Positions 1 to 12,849 of a stretch of 64,000 nt of DNA are shown here, piece by piece. The notes below the pieces were generated by a model. It did no database searches. It was not told the DNA's origin and was given only the letters and a program-made list of their open reading frames with translations. Source of the stretch: the human T2T-CHM13v2.0 reference genome, Homo sapiens; NCBI RefSeq assembly GCF_009914755.1, contig NC_060936.1; one strand, 5' to 3'. The position numbers and the translations under genes are program-made. Numbering within the stretch: position 1 is the first letter of the stretch; every line of letters starts with the position of its first letter.

Positions 1-540
1 TTGGGAGTTTTATCGCAGTTCTGCGTTCTGCCGCCCAGGCATGAAGTCAGCTGGCCTGCTTGTGACAGGGAGCATTTCACTTGTAATTAGCTGGTTTTTT
101 TTTTTTTTTTTTTTTTAATATTCTGCCTAAACTGCGGTGTGGTGTGAGTGAGCCCGCTCCCTTGGAGCTGCCCCACAGCGGTAGCGGAGGTGAGTCATGG
201 CCATAAAATCTGGAAAGCTCGTAGGGGGATGGAGGGCGGTGGAGAAATATAAATTATTGTGATCGTCTTTCAGGAGCGCTCGAGTTAATTATTGTACTTT
301 CGCCAGCTGCGTTGTGCCTTCATCAATGCCGAGCCAGAAGTGATGGTTTTAGTGGGGAAAGAGTCGTTCTTTAATGGGGCAGAGGCCCACGAAGCCCTGT
401 GTTCTTTTGAGGGAGGTTGGGTGCATGAAATTCCCAGCACCAGCTGGAACCTGTGCGGATTTGCTCTGAGACACTTGGGTGTGAGCAGCGTCACGTTTTC
501 TTTATTTTTCTAAAACAAATAAATCTGGCTTCGTTCTCCA
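1..540. promoter_or_regulatory. CpG-rich, repeat-free candidate cis-regulatory element (probably continues upstream of the window)
   Basis: About 20 CpGs counted in the first 500 bp, visibly more than elsewhere in the window. AP-1 TGAGTCA (191-197) sits next to a posterior-HOX/CDX-type GGCCATAAAA (199-208); MEIS-type TGACAG (63-68); several TAAT cores. Confidence 0.5.
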
Positions 541-929
541 CCTGCCAGGGCTGGCAGGCAACCCATTCTTAGTTATGTCTTTTTTGATGGGGCAGGGGGG
601 GCAGTGAGGGGTTCTTTCTTTCTTTTTTGGGGGCATAAGGAAGCCCTGGGAATTAGGTAATTCAGCAAGACCTAAAGGCACCTTCCTGGCCTTGGGTCCA
701 CTATGAAGAAATAATTGCTCATTGCCTGCAAAGTACCATTTTGAAGGGGCTCCTCATCTTCCTCTATCCCAACCCTGGGCCAGGGGGTCTGGGAAGAGGC
801 TCCCACAGCTTGTGACCTTGTGTTATCCCTAGGCCCAAGCTTCATTATCCACTATCTGGTGCCGTAGGTCTCCACTATCAGAGACTTTTAAACCACGGTT
901 TCTTCCCCAATCTCAAGGAAAACACATAA

Positions 930-1436
<507 letters not shown>

Positions 1437-1504
1437 TGACTTTTTAATTCTTTATATCTCCTCTGGCAAGAAGAGGTCGAACCACTTCTCCATAAGTTTA
1501 TCAT

Positions 1505-1655
1505 CACTCCAGCTGCGTGACCTTGAGCAAATTACTGACACACTCTGAGGCTCAGTTTCTCACTGGAATATTTTAAGGATTAAGTGATATGTCCCATGTC
1601 AGGCACTTAGCATGGAGCCCGACCTGGAGTTGGCTCTCAAAACATGGCTATTTGT
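1505..1655 (+). mobile_element. MIR SINE fragment
   Basis: MIR core GCTGCGTGACCTTGAGCAAATTACT...CTCAGTTTCTC. Confidence 0.75.
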
Positions 1656-1659
1656 GGAG

Positions 1660-1790
1660 GACTGTGAGCTCTGTGAAGTTGCCTATAGCTTCTCCACCCT
1701 TGAGGACAGGGGCTGTAGTTTGCTTATCTCTGTATCCTCAGCAACTGGGCACCCAGTAGGCATCCAAAAATACTTGGTTAACTGGATAGT
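1660..1790 (+). mobile_element. L2 LINE 3' end fragment
   Basis: CTTGAGGACAGGGGCTGT...CTCTGTATCCTCAGC...CAGTAGGCATCCAAAAATACTTG resembles the L2 3' terminus. Confidence 0.65.
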
Positions 1791-3019
1791 TGTAAAAGGC
1801 GGAGATTTCAGAGAGGCTGAGAAGACCAAGCTTCCTTTACCAGCCCAGGCCAACTGGCCTTCACGTTGCATGTCCATAGTAGACCCATGCATGCATCTTG
1901 GGCATGTGCAGTGTGTGACTCAGTGGTGTCAAGATGTAACCAGGAGGACTGCAGATTTGGTATTGCTCACTCTGGATACCAAAATCTTGACTATAATAGA
2001 TAGGGTGACTTGAACATTTTCTACGTATTAACAAGAGTGTATTTCCCCATTGCCCAGCCTTTATTAGGGCCCATTTCGGGGGCTTTCTCTCCCATCCTAC
2101 CCTTGGTTTCTGTGAGGTTTATAAGTGTCTCAGGTCACTGAGAAAATGGGGGTATGCTACAAGAAGAGTTTGATGGGGCTTAGATAAATCTCAAGTCACA
2201 GCAGATGACTTTCTTCTGTATGATCTATGAGCAAGTCGCAGGTGATATATAGATATATATAGCTAAGCTGGCTTCTTTACCCAGTTGACTTGGAGTGCTC
2301 ATTTATATGGGGTAGACTATAACCTGCATTTATATGGTTGGAAGCCTTCCAGGCACTGACCAGCAGATTCCTATGGCTTCCCCACTCTCCCTATTTAAGC
2401 CAGCTTTGGCCCTCTTCATTCCAGTGCTCCCCACCCAATTCCCATCTCCTGTAACGTCATACCTCTGGTCTAGTTGTTCCCCTGTCAGGCCAGGTGACAC
2501 AGGAATGAGCTTGTCTTTCCTCCCATGCTCTTTCCAGTTTTTTATGGCTATAGCTTAAACTCTGCACTTTTCTGCCCTAACACCTTCCTTTTTGAATCTC
2601 AAGAAACTATTTTGGAAATAAAAAAAGTTACACATCGCCTGGTTTTTGTTTTCTCAGTCCCATCTCTTCTCAAGGCTAGAGATGCTCAAATTGACCAGGG
2701 AAAGTGTATGAAGTGAAAATGAGAAAAAGAACAGCACCCAGTATATCCTTGTGGTATGTATAGGCCTATATCCTGATACCTGAAGGAATTCTTCCACCTG
2801 GAACTTTATGAAAAGGACCGAAGAATTTGCAGGAAGAACTCAGCTGACCTGCTATTAAAAGAGAGCGATCTCTATTTATGATGCATATTAAGTACTGGTG
2901 AATGATGCACAGAGAAGTCGCTGCGCTCTCATATTTAGGATACTCTGATTTGATTTGCAATCACATCATCAAGTATACCCTTATTTCATCATGTATGTGA
3001 AATGGGAGGTGATGGTGGT

Positions 3020-3390
3020 GAGGATATAGAGAATGACCCTTGTGTGTTGAGGGGATGGGTGGGAGAAGGTCAGAGAAGATCTGTTTAAGGAAACAACAGT
3101 TGAGAAAAGACTCAAGTGGCTTGAATCAGGGAGGCAGAGGACAGTAGGGAAAAGAGCATTCCATGCAGGCATGCAAAAGCCCAAGACAAGCTTGAACAAT
3201 CAGTGGCTGATGTGGCTACAGTGGTGGGAGCAAGCAGTAGGGATGGGGGATGACGAGGAAAGACAGTTGAGTGTCCTAGACTGGCAACATTTCAAATTCT
3301 TTTTTAGGGCGAATGAGAAGTTTGGTGAGTTTAAAACTTGGGCAGGGGTGAGGGGGACAGAGATATGGTCTGATTTGCAATGTCAAGTTA
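3020..3390 (-). mobile_element. L2 LINE fragment
   Basis: Purine-rich antisense L2 pattern (GGTCAGAGAAGA..., GGGAAAAGAGCATTCCA...). Confidence 0.6.
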
Positions 3391-3769
3391 TGAAACTACA
3401 TGAAGTTCCTGAATCACAGAGCTCACAGGCCAAAAACCATTTGTTCCAGAGGCCTCATAAAACTGGAGGCAGAAATTTTTGTCAGCTTGAAGGATAGCTT
3501 GAGGTCACCTTACTTTGCTACCTTGCAGTGGTGGCAGGGAGAAGGGAGACAGTCTTTACTGAGAGCCTATTCCATATTAATCATGATAAGTGGAGAAACA
3601 TAGCTGATATCAGGCAAAGTGCTGCTTAGTAAAAAGTAAGATAATCTTTAGGCTCAGGGGCCTTCCTATACCTCTGAAATAAAAAGGTGAAGGCAACCAA
3701 GTGACATTCTCTTGATATAGATTGACAATGGAAGAGGAAATGAACTCTTTCTGTGTACCTACTTTCTGT

Positions 3770-3990
3770 GTACCTACTATGCACTTGACCTGAGCTATGT
3801 GCACTAGTGATATCTCACGGAATTCTCACAATAAATAGTTGGGTGAAGTTTATTTAATACCTAATGAGAAGTGTTTGGTGATAACAGAGAAGTCACAGCA
3901 TTTTACAGAAGACTGAGCTTTGGGGCAGTGGAGTACCTTGCTCAGGTGACACAGTGCCCATGAGGCAGAGCTTGGACTCCGTTCAGGTTT
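3770..3990 (-). mobile_element. MIR SINE fragment
   Basis: CATTTTACAGAAGACTGAG...CTTGCTCAGGTGACACAG...GGCAGAGC antisense MIR core. Confidence 0.6.
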
Positions 3991-5174
3991 AGGGGACTTT
4001 TCAAGGCTCCCTTCCCACTTCTCAAGCTGCTGGTGACTGACTCTTTCTCAGAAACCCCCCACCCTCAGGGTTTCAGAACCCCTTCTTTCTGCTCCTGTCT
4101 CTACCTTTCTTCTTTGATGGCTGCCTCCTCCATTTCCAGTGGGAAAGAAGTATCCAGGAGACCCATGGGAGCATGGGAGAGATTGGGCTGGAACATCTAG
4201 TTGGTGGAGACCCTTGGAAGCCTTGGGACGAAGGGATCTCTTGGGGCCCCCCACCCTTTGTGCTGAGTATTCATGAAGTCCCAGAAGCTGACCCAAGGGA
4301 CCCTGGCCTCTCACCCAAACTGTTCAGAAGCTTTCTTGTTCACAGCCACATCATGACTTCCGTAAGTTTGAGGTGCATTTGTCTTCATGGGCGCCTTCCT
4401 CCATAAAAGCATATGAAAATAATTTAATGGATTTTGGGGGGCCTTAAACATTTCATTTTTTTTCTGAAAAATAAAATTAAAACATTTTATTCAACTTCAT
4501 CAGTTCATTTGTCTTTCCTTTGGATTTTAAGGAAATGAGAACATTTTCATGCGCCCCTGAAAGGGAGCCCCTACGCACTGTGCCCACCTGCCTGATGGAG
4601 AGGTCAGCTCAGTGCTCATGGACTAAGAGGATACATCATAACTATGGCAGAACCTGCTTGGGGGCTTCACTACCTTGGTGTCTAGATGCAACTTCCCCTA
4701 GATGAGACTAAGGTGACTATGAAGTAGTCATGGCAAAGGCAGAAGCCAGGGTAAGGTCAGCCTGGATTTACAGAGCCTGTGGAAGCCTGGGCTCTGGTTC
4801 CCACACATCCTAGTGTTTGCATGCGTGGTTTCCTCTTCTGGATTTCCCTCCCTCAGTTGTTCATTGAGCCTTTCCTGAGTCATTCTTCAATCTCAGGACA
4901 TGTGAGCACATTCTCTGGGAGACTTCCGTGGTGCACCTGGAAACCTTGTGCTTTGTTTAGGGCAAGCCATGTGAAATTGCCATTTTTGTGGGTCACAAAG
5001 GATTACTGCCAGGGACATATGAATCCTTGTGCGCTGATCTTTCCACTGGAGTTTAAGTTCTGAGTAGGTAAAGACTGTGACTTGAACCTGGCTGCATTCC
5101 CAGCAGCTGATGCACTCTCCTCTACGTTTGTTGAATGAATGGACGATTCGACTGGAAGGGAAGATCGCCCATAT

Positions 5175-5345
5175 TTTCAAGGTTCTCAAATTTGAATAGG
5201 CATGAGAATTTTCTGGAGGACTTGTTAAAATGCATATCACTGGGCTCCACCTCCAAAATTCTGATACTAGATTCCTGATCATTAGCATTTCTAACAAGTT
5301 CCCAGGTGAGGCTGCTGCAGGCACCACATTTTGAGAACCAATGCT
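5175..5345. mobile_element. MER5A (hAT-Charlie non-autonomous DNA transposon)
   Basis: Inverted ends GGTTCTCAAA...TTTGAGAACC; internal CTTGTTAAAATGCA and GCATTTCTAACAAGTTCCCAGGTGA. Confidence 0.85.
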
Positions 5346-5397
5346 TTACTTCTCTAATAGTTCTTTCCTGGGGATGGGATGGAGGTCAGCGATGCAT

Positions 5398-5853
5398 ACT
5401 ATTCTGGGTTGAATAGTGTTTACCCAAAATTTGTGTGCACCTGGAACCTATGAAAGTGACTTTATTTGGAAATAGAGTCTTTGCAGATGTAACCAGGTGA
5501 AGTTGAGGTCATACTGGATTAATGTGGGTCCCAAATCCGTTATGATGGGTGTCCTTATAAAAAGAGGGAAATTTGGACACACATAGAGCCACATAGGGAA
5601 GAACATCGTGTGAAGATGCACACAGAGATTGTAGGGATGCATTTGCTAGCTAAGGCATCCCAAGGATTGCCAGTGACCTCTAGAAGATAGGAGAGAAGCA
5701 TGGAAGCTCTCCTTAGAGCCACTGGAAGGATCCAATACTGCTGACATTTTGATTTTGGACTTCTGGTCTCCAGAACTGTGAGGGGAAAATTCCTATTGTT
5801 TTAAGCCATCTTAGTTTGTGATAATTTGTTACCACAGTTATAAGTAACTAGAA
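5398..5853 (+). mobile_element. MaLR solo LTR (MLT1B/MLT1C-type)
   Basis: GGGTTGAATAGTG...TTATTTGGAAATAGAGTCTTTGCAGATGTAA...GACTTCTGGTCTCCAGAACTGTGAG...TGTTTTAAGCCA. Confidence 0.88.
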
Positions 5854-5877
5854 CTCAAAAACCCAAATCAGTGATGA

Positions 5878-6655
5878 CGATACAGGGCAGGTGATCTCCA
5901 AAATTGGGACTTTGTCTGAGAGGGTTCTTTTGATTAAACAGTACTCCTCCCTACAGACCAGGGCTAACTCATAGGCAGTGCACCCAGAGTTGGCAACAAA
6001 TGGGGTCTTGAGGGGCCAGGTGTGGTGGCCCATACCTGTAATCCCAGCAATTTGGGAGGTTGAGGCAGGAGGATCACTTGAGGTCAGGAGTTTGAGACCA
6101 ACCTGACCAACATGGTGAAACCCTGTCTCTACTAAAAATACAAAAAATTAGCCAGGTGTGGTGACGGGCACCTATAATCCTAGCTACTTGGGAGGCTGAG
6201 GCAGGAGAATAGCTTGAACTCAGGAGGTGGAGGTTGCAGTGAGGCAAGATCCTGCCACTGCACTCCAGCCTGGGTGACAGAGTGAGACTCCATCTCAAAA
6301 ACAAACAAACAAACAAACAAACAACAACAATAAAAGACAAATGGGCTCTTGGCAACTGTATTTATACTCACTTAAACCCACTTTTAATTATATGCAAGTT
6401 AAGGGAAACTATTTAGAACTTTCTCTGAAAGGGGCAATAACTTCTGGGTCATTGCTATGGCATTTGTAAACTGTGGGAGAGTCTTATGTTAATGAGCAAT
6501 GAGGGGAGCTAGGGATCACTTTCATCACCATCTGCTGATTTGTACCGTTGTTTTTTTTTTTTTTTTTTTTTTTCACTTTAACCTGTCTGGACCAAATCCT
6601 GTTTTGGTCCACAGGGTTATGACCAGAAAATAAGTCCTGCCAGTTTCTACCTTAA
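5878..6655 (-). mobile_element. ERV1-class solo LTR (MER66-like), interrupted by an Alu
   Basis: Ends CTGTCTGGACCAAATCCTGTTTTGG...AAGTCCTGCCAGTTTCTACCTTA, the antisense of a MER4-group LTR start; sequence resumes after the Alu. Confidence 0.6.
6014..6336 (+). mobile_element. Alu SINE (AluS-type)
   Basis: Full dimer with (CAAA)n tail; TSD ACAAATGGG(G/C)TCTTG on both sides. Confidence 0.95.
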
Positions 6656-7037
6656 TTTTAATCCTCTTCTCCTTCATTGAGAAGCTTTAGAGAGCATTGG
6701 AAATCGCCTGAAGGATCAGAGTCCCCAGGTGAAGCTGTGCAGGTTGTTCCACCTGGCCAAGGGGGTCCAGTCCACTCCAAGCCATGCTGCCCAGGAGGCT
6801 ACTTCCACTCAGGGGCACCATATGGGACACCTTTACTGGGAGCCAGATGAAGAAAGATTCCCAGGTTCCAATCCCAAGATTCTACTTTTGTAATTTGGAT
6901 GTGGGACCTGGACAACTGTATTTGAACAAGCCTCCCAGGTAATTAATCAATGGCCAAAGACTTCATTTAATAAAACATAGATTGTAGGGGGTTAGGTAAA
7001 ATTGTAAAATAGACAAGCCATTACCTTTGACTTCTAA

Positions 7038-7815
7038 ACCAAAGGTTCTTAGCTTTTTCATGCATGGGTACTTTGGCAGTTTGTTGCAGCCCAGAGACCC
7101 TTCTTAGAATAGAATACAAATCCTAAAAAATACATAGGATTACAAAGAAAAATTCATTATATAGAAACACAGCAATAAGAACATTAAAAACTCCAACTTT
7201 TGGATACAGTACTATAGGTGTTTCTTATATTAACATAACAAGAATTAGCAGTTGGTCTAATAACTACTATACTTTCTTTTTTTCTTTTCTTTTTTTTTTG
7301 AGACAGGGTCTTGCTCTGTTGCCCAGGCTAGGGTATAGTGGTGCTATCTCAGCTCACTGCAGCCCCTGCTTTCCAGGCTCAAGTGATCCTCCTGCCTCAA
7401 CCTCCTGAGTAGCTGGAACTGTACACACATGCCACCATGCCTGGCTAATTTTTGTATTTTTTGTAGAGGTGAGATTTCATCATGTTGCCCAAGATGGTCT
7501 CAAACTCCTGGGCACAAATAAGCTGCTTGCCATGGCCTCCCAAAGTGCTAGGATTACAGGCATGTGCCACTGCGCCTGGCTAATAACTACTACACTTTCA
7601 ATGTTGCAATGAGTCCAAATGATATTTTGAGATGCTCTGCCAACTGTAAAGTGATAAAAAAAAAATCTATGATTTCTATTCATGCAACATCACAGGAACT
7701 GCTTATGCTATTGTGGTTTGTGGTCCACATCATAATTGACTACTCTTCAGTTAGAGTTAGTAGAAATAAAGATGCAGTTTTCCGTAAGTTCAAGGGCTCC
7801 CTGAACTCTCAACAA
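7038..7815 (+). mobile_element. hAT-Charlie DNA transposon (Charlie4a-like), interrupted by an Alu
   Basis: Starts CAAAGGTTCTTAGC...CTTTGGCAGT; ATACATAGGATTACAAAG; ends GTTAGAGTTAGTAGAAATAAAGATG...AAGTTCAAGGGCTCCCTGAA. Confidence 0.7.
7276..7580 (-). mobile_element. Alu SINE (AluJ-type)
   Basis: Antisense dimer; 18-bp TSD TAATAACTACTA(T/C)ACTTT at 7258-7275 and 7581-7598. Confidence 0.95.
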
Positions 7816-9109
7816 ATACTTCGAAAGTGAAGAGTGCCTTGGAGTCTAGCTCTTCATCTTTTCCCCTTCTAGGTGGGGTCCCTGTCACCTTGTAAGCCTG
7901 TAGCAAACAAAGATTCTCCTTTTCTTGGCCCACATCAAATCTTCCCTTAAATACTACACAATATAGTGGACCAAGCATGGGTTTTGAGCCCATAGGTTTA
8001 AATACTTTCCTCCCAAGTTAACTGTAATCTGATTCTTTTTGACTACATTTACGAAAACCATTTTGTAGGGCTACAGTGAGAATTAGAGATGGTATATATA
8101 ACTTGGCATACAGTAGGTCCTTAATAAAGATTAAATGACATTCCAGTTGTAAGTTACTTCTTTTAAAAATTTTTTTTTAGTGTTTCCCCAGTTAAGAGAT
8201 ATTTAAATCTTAATGAGGAGTCACTTCATTTCAGACACCTGCTGGAGAAAGAGGATAGGATGGGAGGAATGAGAATTCCTAAATCACTCCATGTTGGAGC
8301 CAAATAGATTCATTCATTCATCAGTCTTTCAAAGAACTTGCTGAGCACTACACCTACTATGCGTGCTGTTGGAGCTGGAGGAGCATTGGGAAGGCCCTGG
8401 CGGAGTCTGGGCAGAATTTTAGCAGCTCATCTCCTGAGGCCTAGCCAGCCAGTTCTTACATGGTAACGACTGGGCTAGACAGAAGGCAGTCTGGATGTCT
8501 GCAGTTGCTTGGCCACTTCCTTGAGCATGGCCTGTGCCCTGGCTAGTGTGAGCCCCAGGTGTGGAGAGGATGGGTAGACAGGTGGGTAAACACTCTCCTA
8601 TGCTATCCCGGCCTGCTCTCACCCAGGGCCTGTCCCTAATAAAGCCTATGTGTGTGAGTGCCTCTGACACATGTAATGAAGGCCTCTGTTTGCCAAGTTT
8701 GCTCAACTGGCCATACTCTGGGCCCGCTTGGGGAATAGTCTGCAAAGCCACAAACAAGCCTTCCGGCATCCCCTTCTTCGCATTTCTTTGAGGTTAGAGC
8801 TGGCATTAGAGGGCTCTGGGGACACATTCCCCTTGTACTGAGGGGACTGTGGGCTCGGAATTTTACTGCTTTTCTCCAGGGTCTATAGATAGAAGTCAGG
8901 AAAGCTGCAACTGGGTCTGCTGTGATGAGGGAGAACAGGGAGCTGAATCTTGGCTCATGTTGTCTAAAATACAAGCTCCCTGAATATAATTCCAGCTTCA
9001 TGTCCCACCCCTTTGATGGTGACAGTAATCTTTGTGAAATTGCCTCAAGATGCAAGTGAAGCAAGGAATTTAAAGTCAAGTATCCTGAATTTAATTATGT
9101 TCTATTTCT

Positions 9110-9230
9110 GTCAACTGCCAATTGTGTGACCTTGGGCGAGGCACTTAATCTCTCCAGGCCTCAGTTTCTTCACAGAGTATACAATAGATGGATAATAGGG
9201 CCTCCATTTCAGTGAGATAGTGGGAAAAGA
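9110..9230 (+). mobile_element. MIR SINE fragment
   Basis: TGTGTGACCTTGGGCGAGGCACTTAATCTCTCCAGGCCTCAGTTTCTTCA. Confidence 0.8.
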
Positions 9231-10709
9231 AGTTCAGACCTATCCCCTCTCCTTCCAAAGCCCATAAACATACTCCAAATATATGAATCTTCTCCAGTTT
9301 CCAAATGCAGTCTCTGCTCTGTACCATGTCAACCCACATGAAGCCCAGTTCCTTTTGAGAGTTCTACTTGTAAAGAAGCAAGGGTAAGGTTAGTAGAATT
9401 GACAAAAGTGCCTTTTTTTGGCACTTGGTTTTGTCAAGAGAAAGAGAGATGAGAGGTTTACAAGGCAGACATTTGATCAGCTTCAGAAGGATAGAAGGTA
9501 TTAGACCATCTATAAAATATCCTTTTTCCACTCCACCGTGAAGAGTCTCACTGTCTCCTCACCTTATCAAGTCTAAGTCCTTCTCTATCTGTGCATCCTC
9601 TTACTTTATCCTCTATTTTCTCTACTCTTCACCGATCTCAGAAAATTCATCCCCTTGCCTCTTGCCCAAGGTAGCAAAGTTTCCCCTTCCTAAAGCCGTC
9701 TGCATCAACATTCCTGCTCTTGTGATTCTCAACTATCTCAAGTACCTCAAAGCATTTTCCTGCAAAAGACTGTTCTTCCTCTAAGTGGATTTTGTGTACT
9801 TAATGTTAATAATAATAGTAATTCAAATAACATGAAGATTACATGAGATAATGAAAATGAAAGTATTTTAAAATGCAAGATGTTTTACGTATTCATCCAT
9901 CCATCCATCCATCCATGCAGTGGACTTTACTAGGTGCTGGAGATGTTGAGATAAAAATTCATGGTCTAATGAGGCGTTAGAAAATTATTGCAGTAAAGTG
10001 TAATAAATACTATCAGTGTGCTACACCTCATGTAAAATGACGGGACAAAAAAGAGAGTAAGAGATTCACATTGCTATAAATATAATACAGTAGATATTTG
10101 AAGTAAAATCTAAACAAAGCAAGCTCAAAGTGTCCTGAGCATTTTGAAGAAAAAGAGCTTTCTTTTTGATGGATCTAGTTCATGGAATTACATTGACAAT
10201 GATCTGCATCTTCCCTATGTGTCTATAGAGTCAGATCTGTGTCCAAGGTCTGCAACTTTCTGCCTGGGATTTATCTGACGTCTAGAATCTCAGTGTTCTC
10301 ATCTGTCAAGTCTGTATAACAACCCTCTATAAGGTTGCAATAGAGACCGAAAGAGATTCATTCACTCGTTTATTTATTCATTTGACAAATAGTGCCAGAC
10401 ACTGACCAGGGCACTGGGGTTTTTACAGAGAATGAGACAGTGAATGGTTCTTTTTTTCTCAGAGTGAACATTCTGCTGGGGAGATAACACCTATTGGTGC
10501 CCAATCTTGTTAACCAGCACCTACAAGCTATGCAACAGCTTCACTCCAGCCTTTCTTCTTGGATTATCTTTTTATTTAATTCCCCTACCACTTGTCTCAA
10601 AATTCTCTTGCCTTAGAGTCCTTCAGATAGGGGCTGCATGAGGGAACTCCTGGGAGTCTGGGGGATGGGGAGAGTCATCATGTCCATGGCCAGCAGGCTG
10701 AGTTGGGAG

Positions 10710-11045
10710 TCATAGTTAGTTTGGGCTGCTTTAACAAAATACCATAGACTGCATGGCTTAAAAAAAACCAAACATTTATTTCTCACAGTTCTGGAGGTTG
10801 GGAAGTCCAAGATCAAGGTGCTGGTAAATTCGGTGTCTGTTGAGGGCTTGCTTCCTGGCTTAAAGATGCTGCCTTCCTCTTACGTCCTCATGCAGTGTTG
10901 AGAGAGAAATAATCTCTCTCAAGTCTCTTATGCTCAACCATCATGACCTAATCACCTCCCAAAGTCCCCATCTTCAGATACCAATGCATTGGAGGTTAGG
11001 GATTCAATGTATGAATTTTGTGGGAGACACCATTAAGTCCATAGC
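10710..11045 (-). mobile_element. MaLR solo LTR (MLT1A-type)
   Basis: GGGCTGCTTTAACAAAATACCATAGACT...TTTCTCACAGTTCTGGAGGTTGGGAAGTCCAAGATCAAGGTG...CATGACCTAATCACCTCCCAAAG. Confidence 0.9.
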
Positions 11046-11526
11046 CGCGAGATGGCAGGGAGGGAATTAAATATACTGAAGCCCATGCGTAAATATCGCC
11101 TTCTTTTTGCTTCTTTCTGCTAAGGCCACTGGAGAGAAACCCAACTTTTTAATAATTTCTCCTTTTTGGTTCAAAGTTTACTACAAGTATGCTTTCTTTG
11201 TTTCTGCTATAATCGTGTCATTGAGTGGTCCAAAGATAAATGTCAACAATGCAGCCCTCTGGCTGGAAAGGGGCCCAGGATGCCTGGGCTTGTCATTAAG
11301 GAGCGCTGGTCGGGGGAGTGGAGGAGCCATGTAGGGGCCTGGCAGACTCAGCAGAGGACACAGTCATTAACTATGGGAGGGATGGGATGAGCCATCCAAG
11401 CCCTGGGTCTGGCAGAGTTTATGACTATGTGGTGGAGAGCAGAGTGCATTTGTATTTCAGGAAATCCCCTCAGCCATTGCACTGGTTTTCTCTGGCTTCT
11501 TTGTCAAGCCTGGGTTCTTTAGTTTT

Positions 11527-11665
11527 TTTATTTTATTTTATTTTATTTTTATTTATTTATTTTTTAAGTTCTGGGGCACATGTGCAGGATGTGCAAGTTT
11601 GTTACATAGGTAAATGTGTGCCATGGTGGTTTGCTGCCCCTGTCAACCCATCACCTAGGTATTAA
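11527..11665 (-). mobile_element. Severely 5'-truncated L1PA 3' end
   Basis: T-rich tail then AAGTTCTGGGGCACATGTGCAGGATGTGCAAGTTTGTTACATAGG; TSD CCTGGG(T/C)TCTTTAGTTTT at 11509-11526 and 11670-11687. Confidence 0.92.
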
Positions 11666-11933
11666 ACTACCTGGGCTCTTTAGTTTTGACATTTGTTTTT
11701 TCCTTATGGACTTTTCCTCTCATTACACATCACATACGTGTTGTGAATTCAAGCCCGGGAAGCAGTGTATTGTTTTAGGCATGGGACATTGGTGGTATAT
11801 GGAATCTGTGAAAGGAATCAAGTATGCTGGAGTCATAAATGCAAGGCTTGAGGTTTTGTGGTGTGTGTGGGGAATGATGCAGTCAGGTTAAACATTCAGA
11901 GGTGGGACCAGGTTGCTTGACTCTCCACCTGGG

Positions 11934-12010
11934 CTACCGCACAACACCCAAGGGCTATTCTCACACAGATACAGTGTAGACAGTGCCTGCTGGGGTTGTG
12001 TGGCACAGTA
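11934..12010. mobile_element. MER91-like hAT MITE fragment
   Basis: Quasi-palindromic GCACAACACCCAAGGGC...CACA...TGTAGACAGTGCC...GGGGTTGTG. Confidence 0.5.
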
Positions 12011-12849
12011 GTCGGCTTCCAAATCAGTGCTCCTTCTTTCCACCTACTTCTCCCTCAGCCTTCCTAGTTTTAAGTGGTTGCCCCAAGTGCCAGTTTTCCT
12101 AAGAGCTTGGATTGGATCCAAGGAATGTAGTCCTGAGGGCTTCATCAGGAATTCTGCTGTAGAGATAGAAGCCAGGGAGCCGTGTAATTAGAACTTTCTC
12201 TGGGAGGCTGCAAGAGGGATTCTGCTCAAAATGGCCCTGGGTAGGAACCCTTCTTAGGATTGAGTGGGAAAACTGGGGAAGATCTTTCTGCTGTGGCTTA
12301 AGGGTATTTACCTTTCCTTCTTCATTGCTTATTCCGGCAATGTGCTCATGTTAGAGTTTACCATGTGCCAATGTTAGAGTTACAAAGACAAGAGCTTAGA
12401 ATAAGGCTTAGGAACCTGGTCTTCATCATTCACTCCTTCGTGCCTCTTGGATTCCCCATGGAGAGATCCTGATTCCCCAGGGTTAAGCACTGAATGGAAA
12501 CAAAATGCTACTCTAGTGATAGTTGGACAAGCACCTCACATCCCCTTCTTCTCCATACTGGCCCCCATTTCTGCCACCATTTGCAGGGTTTTCTGGCTAG
12601 CTGTCCTGGGGTATAAGACAGACCTGGGAGCCTAAGCAGGTTTCTATCACCTCCTCCCACAAAGCCAATAGAGATCTGCAAAAGAAGCCCATTTGTTTAT
12701 CCATCCAGTGGCAGATATGTGAGAACTGAAACAGAGCTGATGAGATAGATTAGGCTTGGCCCACTGTGTAGGAAGAGCCCTGTGTAAGTCCTGTCCTTGA
12801 GAGAGTGCATGGGGACCCAGCCCATAGTAAATCATGGCCCAGTGAATGT

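Noticed and set aside
3747-3778. Short tandem duplications (also ~12341-12382, 18573-18600)
   Set aside because: 12-22-bp slippage duplications are common background.
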